A stretch of 45,736 nucleotides of DNA, taken from positions 1-45,736 of the forward strand of contig JAGGXR010000102.1 of NCBI GenBank assembly GCA_021162935.1, given 5' to 3'. The notes beneath the pieces were generated by a model that had not been told where the DNA came from, searched no databases, and worked only from the letters and a program-made list of their open reading frames with translations. This DNA comes from Deltaproteobacteria bacterium. GTDB taxonomy: Bacteria > Myxococcota_A > Polyangia > HGW-17 > SLPX01. Both the position numbers and the translations under genes were made by a program. Below are positions 1 through 6,597 of this stretch, piece by piece; the stretch's first letter is position 1; each line of letters begins with the position of its first letter.

Positions 1-456
1 CTTCGTATTGACCTGCATCCCAACCTCCACGTGAATGTCGACGGGGCGACGTCCACCAATATTTTCTGTTCGTCCTCTCACGTTCCGTTCGGCCACGAGG
101 CCCTGCCCGTCCGGTCGTCTTCCCGACTATTGCTCTCGTGCCTGGCCGCCTGGGTACCTCTAGCCGAAAGTATAACCCTGCAGCCTGCGTCATGGAAGTC
201 CCGTGTCATCGGCCTCGTGGAACAACTTTTTCGATCAATTCGGCGCGTTTTTCCTGCACCACGCTCAAAACGAGTTGGCCACTGGCGCCTTACAGATCCT
301 CCAACCAGCCGATGCCACGCCCGTCCAGTCGGTGCTTCCTTTTGGATACTGGAACATGGACATGTCCATGGAGCCAGGATTTTCCATCCGGGGTAAAAGC
401 GCCGAGCGAGTCGTTGAAATCTGGTTCCCGTAACGATATGGAATCGAATGTTTGGT

Positions 457-1407
457 CTACCGCATCGGGCCTTCGAGGACCGCGCGGATCGTATCCTTGA
501 TCGTATGCTTGGGGAGAAATCCGAGTTCGGTCCGGGCCCTGGTGCCATCCACCATGCAGACGTAGCGCAGGTGATTCATCTCGGTGCCCTTGAACAGGGA
601 CAGACCAGTCCGCCACAGGGTGCGAAAGGCCATGGGCGCAAGAAAATGTGGAATCGGCACGGTGGGGCGCCCGAGTTCCGAGATGATGACCGACAGAGGC
701 ACTTCACCAGGGCCTGGCACGTTGAACACACCCCGGACCAACGGGTTGAGTGCCAAAACCAGGGCCTCGACCACGTCCATCTCGTGGATGACCTGCATCA
801 TGGGATCGAACCCGAGCAGGGTCGGGATGCGGGGCAGACGCAGGTAATTGGAGATGGCGTTCGAGACGCGACCCAGAATGTGGACGGGCCGCAGGATGAC
901 CGTGTCGATGTCTTGCGCCTTCCAAAAAAACGAGCTGCAGAGCATGTCGGTGACCACGAGATCCCGCATGGTCGGGGTGTCCTGGGCACCAAGCAAAGGA
1001 GCGTCCTCTTCGAGGAACTGAGAATTTTCGGGTCGTGCTCCGTAGACGGTATGGCTCGACAAGAAGACGACCTTCGGGACATGATACATGCGGCAGTAGT
1101 CGAGCAACCTGGCCGTACCCTCCACGTTCCATTCGTGGTGAACTTTGGCCGAGCTGCGCGGGTCGTGCATGATGCCTAGGTGCACGAGGGCCTGGGGTCG
1201 TTCTTTGCGGAACACGTCTCTGGTGCGCTTGGAACGCAGGTCCACGGCTCGATGATCGATATCGGGAGGCCGATCCTCGAAGGGACGACGATCGATGCCG
1301 ACCACGCGATACCGGCCTTCTCGATGGAGCCTTCGTGCGAGCAAACGCCCAAGCCGGCCTGCAATGCCGGTGATCACGATGGTTGGTTTGTCGTCGATTC
1401 GATCCAT
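457..1407 (-). CDS. NAD-dependent epimerase/dehydratase family protein (extended SDR/Rossmann fold)
   Basis: Translation has an N-terminal glycine-rich dinucleotide motif (TIVITGIAGRLG) and an SS.TVYG segment typical of sugar-nucleotide epimerase/3beta-HSD-like enzymes. The ORF track starts at a TTG (1437). The first ATG (MDRIDDK, 1407) has GGGAG about 5 nt upstream, so it is used here. Confidence 0.75.
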   Translation of the reverse strand: MDRIDDKPTIVITGIAGRLGRLLARRLHREGRYRVVGIDRRPFEDRPPDIDHRAVDLRSKRTRDVFRKERPQALVHLGIMHDPRSSAKVHHEWNVEGTARLLDYCRMYHVPKVVFLSSHTVYGARPENSQFLEEDAPLLGAQDTPTMRDLVVTDMLCSSFFWKAQDIDTVILRPVHILGRVSNAISNYLRLPRIPTLLGFDPMMQVIHEMDVVEALVLALNPLVRGVFNVPGPGEVPLSVIISELGRPTVPIPHFLAPMAFRTLWRTGLSLFKGTEMNHLRYVCMVDGTRARTELGFLPKHTIKDTIRAVLEGPMR

Positions 1408-1447
1408 TGTGCTCCCACCAAAAGGTGCTCCCACCAAAAAAGTGTTC

Positions 1448-2311
1448 CTACCAAAACACGTGTCGTCGCTCCTTGAGGCCCAGGTGGATCATGGACTGGA
1501 TGGTGGAACGCACTTCGGCCACGAGCGGTGCGATCTCCTCGTCGTCCAGGTCCGGGTCCGCATCGATGGTCATGGGCGGCCCGAAGTAGAGTCGATACCG
1601 CACGGGCAATGGAACGATGGGCAAAAAAGGCGGAAACGGCACCACGGGGAACGCGGGCGCCCGGAACAGCTTGGCAAGGGGCTCCACGTTGAACGCCGGT
1701 GCCTGTTCTTCGGCGCCGATGACCGCCACCGGCACGATGGGACAACGACTCTCGAGGGCGAGCCGCATGAAACCATGCCCGAATTTTTGGAGCTGATATC
1801 GTTTCGAAAAGGGTTTCGAAATACCGCCAACGCCTTCGGGAAAAACCAGGACGACCTCTTCGTCGTCCAGGAGGCGGATGCAGTTTTCCGGAGTCCCTAC
1901 CACCTGCCCCCAACGGTTCAGGATGAAGCTGACGTATGGGAGGCTCGGGACGTAGCGCTCGATCATGGAGCGAGCCACCCGCGGCGGATCCATGTCGAAG
2001 AGCAACGAGCCGGTGATGACCATCCCGTCGAAAGGGAGCTGCCCCGAATGGTTCGCAATGAGCAGCACGCGCCCAGGAGGAATGTGCTCGGTGCCGTATG
2101 CCTGGGCCCGAAAGTAGTAGCGATACATATATTGGACCAGCAGGACCGCGATTTTTGCCTCATCGCGATTGAACCCGAACGAGTCGTAGCCGTATTCGTT
2201 CTGTCTTGTCGGTAGAGAGAGAAGTTTTTGGACGAATTCCGGATTGAGGCGTTCGTCCAGCCAGTCACGATATCGATGATGCAAAGGGGACAGGATCCGA
2301 TGCAGGAGCAT
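1448..2311 (-). CDS. 1-acyl-sn-glycerol-3-phosphate (lysophospholipid) acyltransferase, PlsC family
   Basis: Contains the acyltransferase H(x4)D box (NHSGQLPFD) and an FPEG motif. A GAGGAGG RBS lies 7 nt before the ATG at 2311. Sits directly upstream of the epimerase on the same strand, so it is probably an operon. Confidence 0.8.
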   Translation of the reverse strand: MLLHRILSPLHHRYRDWLDERLNPEFVQKLLSLPTRQNEYGYDSFGFNRDEAKIAVLLVQYMYRYYFRAQAYGTEHIPPGRVLLIANHSGQLPFDGMVITGSLLFDMDPPRVARSMIERYVPSLPYVSFILNRWGQVVGTPENCIRLLDDEEVVLVFPEGVGGISKPFSKRYQLQKFGHGFMRLALESRCPIVPVAVIGAEEQAPAFNVEPLAKLFRAPAFPVVPFPPFLPIVPLPVRYRLYFGPPMTIDADPDLDDEEIAPLVAEVRSTIQSMIHLGLKERRHVFW

Positions 2312-2323
2312 CTGGCCGCCTCC

Positions 2324-3712
2324 TCAACCCAATTGCTGACCACAGGATGGACAGAACTTCGATCCGGGCGCCACATGGACACCACACTTGGGACAGACGG
2401 TCTGCACGGCCCTCGGCGCTCCGCAGCTCGGGCAGAACTTGCTTCCGTCTGGAACCATGGCGCCGCATTTGGCGCAGGGCGTGCCGGACGGCAGTTGGAC
2501 CGGCTGGCCACAGGATGGACAGAATTTGAAGGAAGGCGGAACCGGATTGCCGCACTTGCTGCAGGTGATGGTGTCCGCCGCCACGGGGGCTGCTCCTGCC
2601 GCAGCGCCGGCTGCGGCTCCTGCTGCAGCGGCTCCCGGCGTCACCCCGGCTGGAGGCTGGGCGGTCGGGGCCTGGGGCGGGTAGCCCTGCTGCTGGGGCT
2701 GCCCCTGATAACCTGGCGGCATCTGGCCTGGCGGCATCTGGCCCGGCGGCATCTGGCCTGGCGGCATCTGGCCCGGCGGCATCTGGCCTGGCGGCATCTG
2801 GCCTGGCGGCATCTGGCCCGGCGGCATTTGGCCTGGCGGCATCTGGCCCGGCCGCATACCCGGCATGGCCCCAGCAACCATCCCAGGCATCATGAACCCC
2901 ATGCCGAGGCCCATTCCCATTCCCATTCCGGCGCCGGCCATGCCGCCAGCCCCTTCGTTTTGCGCCATATCCCGCATGGCGTAGGCCATCTGGTACTGCT
3001 GCATGCCACCGAGGTTCTCTTCGAACAGCCCCATTCCCGAACGTTCGTCGATCTTTGCCTGGACCTCTGGCGGCGGGGTGATGGCGTTGAGCACCAAATC
3101 TTCGAGTTCGACACCGTACTTGGCAAAGTCGTCGGCGACCCGCGCCTTGGTGGCGATACCCAGTTCGTCGTAAAGGGCGGCAAGATCCAGCAGGGTCTTG
3201 AGGTTTTCTCCAAGCACATCCGTCAGACGAGCCACCACGATGGAGCGAAGAAACTCGTTGAGTGTTTCGCCCGTATACGTCGCCTGGGTACCCACGACCT
3301 TGTTGACGAACAACTGCGGGTCGATGATCTTGAAACTCAAGATTCCAAAAGACCGCAACCGGACCACCTTCAAGACCTGATCCCGGAAGGTGATGGGTTC
3401 CTTGGTGCCCCACTTCTTATTCATAAAGGTCTTGGTGGAAACGAAGTAGACCTCTGCCTTAAAGGGGGTCTCGCCACCAAAGGGAAGCTTGATGAGTCGA
3501 TGGAGCAACGGCAGATTCGCCGTGCTCAGAGTGTGGCGTCCAGGCGGAAAGGTGTCGAGCGCCTGGCCGCCACGATAAAAGATGGCGACTTGGCTCTCGC
3601 GGACGACGAGCTGGGCGCCCAGCTTGATGTCCGCGTCGCCGGATTCAGGGAATCGTGTGACGATATTGTCGCCGGTTGCGTCCTGTACATCGATCACTTC
3701 AATGAGTGCCAT
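2324..3712 (-). CDS. SPFH/band-7 domain protein (YdjI-like), with a low-complexity linker and four C-terminal zinc ribbons
   Basis: The N-terminal ~250 aa resemble the SPFH family often annotated 'virion core protein' (e.g. B. subtilis YdjI). Then comes a Gly/Met-rich stretch, nine PGQMP repeats and an Ala/Gly-rich stretch. The C-terminus has four zinc-ribbon units (CSKCGNPV..FCPSCG, CAKCG..FCPSCG, CPKCG..FCPSCG). GAGGAG RBS before the ATG at 3712. Confidence 0.75.
   Translation of the reverse strand: MALIEVIDVQDATGDNIVTRFPESGDADIKLGAQLVVRESQVAIFYRGGQALDTFPPGRHTLSTANLPLLHRLIKLPFGGETPFKAEVYFVSTKTFMNKKWGTKEPITFRDQVLKVVRLRSFGILSFKIIDPQLFVNKVVGTQATYTGETLNEFLRSIVVARLTDVLGENLKTLLDLAALYDELGIATKARVADDFAKYGVELEDLVLNAITPPPEVQAKIDERSGMGLFEENLGGMQQYQMAYAMRDMAQNEGAGGMAGAGMGMGMGLGMGFMMPGMVAGAMPGMRPGQMPPGQMPPGQMPPGQMPPGQMPPGQMPPGQMPPGQMPPGQMPPGYQGQPQQQGYPPQAPTAQPPAGVTPGAAAAGAAAGAAAGAAPVAADTITCSKCGNPVPPSFKFCPSCGQPVQLPSGTPCAKCGAMVPDGSKFCPSCGAPRAVQTVCPKCGVHVAPGSKFCPSCGQQLG
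2715..2864. repeat. 15-bp perfect/near-perfect tandem repeat (GGCGGCATCTGGCCY, about 10 units) inside the SPFH gene, encoding (PGQMP)x9
   Basis: Units at 2715-2729, 2730-2744 ... 2835-2849, then a degenerate unit. Alternating T/C at the last position. In frame. Confidence 0.9.
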
Positions 3713-3825
3713 CTCGTCGTCTCCTCGTCGTCTCTCGGGCTTTGGTCTCGGCCTCTAGCCCGTCGCTGCCTTTCGTGTCGGGTTGCCTCATCGACTGACC
3801 ACATCCGGGTCCAGTCAATGGATGG

Positions 3826-4317
3826 TCACTGCTCCGAGCCCTCCTGACCGCGAATGAGTTGTTCCCGCTGATTGAGGTGCCGGTCCATCTCACGGAGCAG
3901 GTTGGTCAATTTTCTGAACTCCGCCGCCACCTGACCACCCTCGTCGAGCACGGCCTGAATTTGACCAATCTGCCCCTTGATCTGCTCGCGCTGTTCCACA
4001 AGCGTCTTGTCGAACTGCTCGACCTGTTCGAGCCTCTGGTTGTCGACCTTGTCCCTGGCGAACAGGGCGGAAAATCCGTAGTTCGAAAAGCGCAGACGAT
4101 CCCGGAGTTTGGTCAGCACCTTGGTGCATTGGTCGGCCGGATTGAGGGCCGCCAGATTGCCGCCGCTGGTGAGCTGCACCTTGATGTCTTCGAGTTGCTG
4201 GTGGTTTTCAGCCAGGAGCTTCGAAACATAGTCCCGAAAGAGCTTGTCCGTTTCGCGGCTTTCCTGGCGGAGCCGGTATCCCTTGTAGCCAGGAATGAGA
4301 TAGTCCAAAATCGCCAT
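3826..4317 (-). CDS. hypothetical coiled-coil protein (163 aa), co-operonic with the SPFH protein
   Basis: Good RBS (GAGGAG 6 nt before the ATG at 4317). High charged/Gln content with heptad-like stretches. No family recognised. Lies 113 nt upstream of the SPFH gene on the same strand. Confidence 0.5.
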   Translation of the reverse strand: MAILDYLIPGYKGYRLRQESRETDKLFRDYVSKLLAENHQQLEDIKVQLTSGGNLAALNPADQCTKVLTKLRDRLRFSNYGFSALFARDKVDNQRLEQVEQFDKTLVEQREQIKGQIGQIQAVLDEGGQVAAEFRKLTNLLREMDRHLNQREQLIRGQEGSEQ

Positions 4318-4428
4318 GATCGTCTCCTCGATTCCATCGAACCAGATATTTGTTTCTCAATGCATCGGAGCCCCGAACCATCGACGCCTCGCAGCACAGA
4401 CGACCGTACCTCCAATCGATCCGACCGA

Positions 4429-4791
4429 TCAGTCGGGCCGAATCGTGGACTTGGGCCCAGGAGCCTGCCCGGATCGAGACCTCAGATACCCGATGCCAGC
4501 AGCGATGGCGATGACCACGAGGGTAAAGGGCCACCCTCGTTTGAGCGACATGGTGCCAAGCGTGCCAAGGAGCACGACACCGAACACGCCAACGAAGCTT
4601 AGACCCAGCTCATAGTATCGTGCCAGCAAGAGGACGAGCCCCACGGCGACGAAAAGCGTGGGCCAGGTCTCTCCAAAGCCCGGACCATCGAACGTGTACT
4701 TGCTCATGGCCATCCCGGCCAGGACCAGGATGACCAAAATGGACCCCAGGCTGGTGGTCAATCGATTCTTTCCCTTGTCTGTGTCGCCCAT
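4429..4791 (-). CDS. small integral membrane protein (about 3 TM helices), first gene of the SPFH operon
   Basis: Hydrophobic segments SILVILVLAGMAM, LFVAVGLVLLLA and FVGVFGVVLLGTLG. The ORF track starts at TTG (4836). The first ATG (MGDTDKGK) is at 4791. Confidence 0.45.
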   Translation of the reverse strand: MGDTDKGKNRLTTSLGSILVILVLAGMAMSKYTFDGPGFGETWPTLFVAVGLVLLLARYYELGLSFVGVFGVVLLGTLGTMSLKRGWPFTLVVIAIAAGIGYLRSRSGQAPGPKSTIRPD

Positions 4792-4954
4792 GCCCCACGT
4801 CCTCGTTGTGTTGCCGATGCGGCGTTTCGATCGCAACCAGCAGAACCGTCCTGTCGATTGACGATTGTTTCATGGAGTGTAGTGGGTTGGCGACAAAAAT
4901 GCAATCTGCCCAGAGCCCCTAGCTCCCCGTCGCATGAAGGACCAAAAGACATCC

Positions 4955-4983
4955 TTGTTGAACGATCTGTGCCGTGATATTCT
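4955..4983 (+). promoter_or_regulatory. candidate sigma70-type promoter for the lysozyme gene (-35 TTGTTG, 17-nt spacer, -10 TATTCT)
   Basis: Read directly from the sequence in the divergent intergenic region 4837-5028. A moderate match only. Confidence 0.3.
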
Positions 4984-5028
4984 ACTGCACGAAAAGGAGT
5001 GTGTCGTGGATTGCCGAGGAGAATCGTG

Positions 5029-6498
5029 ATGCGTCGTATGCCATCTATTCGCTTGTTTGCCATCTTGTTCGCCCTGACCTTCGGGGCCTGTTCGACAGGT
5101 CCCGATTACGAGACCCTGCAGCAGGGCCTGAGCGTCTGCGCTGACGGCGACGTGCTGTACGGAATCGATGTGTCCCACTGGCAGGGCGTGGTCGACTGGG
5201 ACCGCGTGGCGGCCGATGGAGTGACGTTCGCGTTCATGCGGGTGAGTGACGGGACGCGCGTCCTGGACAGCCAGTTCTCCAGGAATTGGTCCGAGACCCG
5301 CCGCGTCGGAATCATTCGTGGGGCCTATCAGTTTTTCCGTCCCAAGCAGGACCCTGAAGGTCAGGCCGATGTGCTCATCGACGCCCTGGGCGGCACAGTC
5401 ACTCCGGGCGACCTTCCTCCCGTGATCGACGTAGAGGTTTCGGATGGCCTATCCCGCTCCACGGTGACGACTCGGATCCAGCGATGGGTGGATCGGGTGG
5501 AATCGCGTCTGCACGTGGCCCCAATCGTGTATACGAGTCCTGGTTTATGGTCATCGATTTCCGGAAGCGACGACTTTGAAAATCTGGCTCTCTGGGTCGC
5601 TCATTACCGAGTGACCTGTCCAAGGATGCCATGGCCCTGGACGCAATGGGCATTCCACCAGTACTCGGACCGGGAATCAGTGAACGGAATTTCGGGCAAA
5701 GTGGACGGCGACAAGTTCAACGGGACCCTGGCGGACCTCCAGGCCCTGACCGGAGCCTCGTTCGAGTGCGGAAACGGAGACTGCGAAGCGGGTGAGTCAG
5801 CCACGACCTGTCCCGATGACTGCTCTCCCTGCGCAACGATTCCAGAGGATGGTCGGATCGTCGATGAAACCGATGCCTGTTTCGAACCAGGCGGCGACCC
5901 GCGCTGGCTCCGCAGCGAAAATTCCGGCTGGAACGACAATCTGCTTTGGACCCATGCTGTGTCGTCCAAGTGCTACAACTACGGAGTTTGGCACCTGCGA
6001 ATGCGTCAGACAGCTCGCTATCGAGTCGAGGTGTACCTGGCTGCTCCTTGGGGGGAAACCCGGCATGCAAAGTACCAGATCCGACATGCAGGCGTGACCG
6101 ACGTGGTCGAAATGGATCAGACGGCCTACGATGGATGGGCCACCTTGGGTGAATTCGACTTCGCCATCGGAGGTGGACAGTGGGTGCGGCTCGAAGATCT
6201 CACCGGCGAATCGCTCAGTGACGAGCTTCGGGTCGTCTTCGATGCGGTGCGCCTCACTTACATGGGGCCTGCTCAGTCCGGATACGGGGGCGTGGGGGAT
6301 AATCAGCAACTCGATCCGGACCAGGATCGTGCAGCCGGTGCTGGCGTAGACGACGGCGCAGGCGACGGTCAATTCGTCGGGGGTTGCTCCATGGCATCGT
6401 CCCAACCATCCCGTCTTCCCCTGGGAATTCTCATCGCCCTGGCATTGGGCCTGGCATGGAGTCGGAGGCGCGGCAACGGGGAACGCCGATATCGATAG
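5029..6498 (+). CDS. secreted GH25 muramidase (lysozyme) with a C-terminal beta-rich domain and a MYXO-CTERM sorting signal
   Basis: GH25 signature GIDVSHWQG..DW..V...GVTFAFMRVSDG. N-terminal signal/lipobox (LTFGACS). The C-terminus GGCSMASS...LGILIALALGLAWSRRRGNGERRYR* has a Gly-Cys patch, TM helix and Arg cluster, matching a MYXO-CTERM tail. GAGGAG RBS 7 nt before the ATG at 5029. The track start at 4999 is a GTG. Confidence 0.8.
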   Translation: MRRMPSIRLFAILFALTFGACSTGPDYETLQQGLSVCADGDVLYGIDVSHWQGVVDWDRVAADGVTFAFMRVSDGTRVLDSQFSRNWSETRRVGIIRGAYQFFRPKQDPEGQADVLIDALGGTVTPGDLPPVIDVEVSDGLSRSTVTTRIQRWVDRVESRLHVAPIVYTSPGLWSSISGSDDFENLALWVAHYRVTCPRMPWPWTQWAFHQYSDRESVNGISGKVDGDKFNGTLADLQALTGASFECGNGDCEAGESATTCPDDCSPCATIPEDGRIVDETDACFEPGGDPRWLRSENSGWNDNLLWTHAVSSKCYNYGVWHLRMRQTARYRVEVYLAAPWGETRHAKYQIRHAGVTDVVEMDQTAYDGWATLGEFDFAIGGGQWVRLEDLTGESLSDELRVVFDAVRLTYMGPAQSGYGGVGDNQQLDPDQDRAAGAGVDDGAGDGQFVGGCSMASSQPSRLPLGILIALALGLAWSRRRGNGERRYR

Positions 6499-6597
6499 TC
6501 GGCCTGCTGCAGAGACGATCGCTGGTGGGGAATTTCAGTGGTTATGCCCGCTGATGCTCGAGTGGTCCTTCCTTGTTCTTTGGGGAAAGGTGAACCA

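Noticed and set aside
203-433. Possible small ORF (76 aa, GTG start) in the 450 nt left of the epimerase gene.
   Set aside because: No recognisable motif, weak RBS and moderate GC3. It could be real, or it could be the 3' UTR of a gene lying outside the window. There is not enough support to call it.
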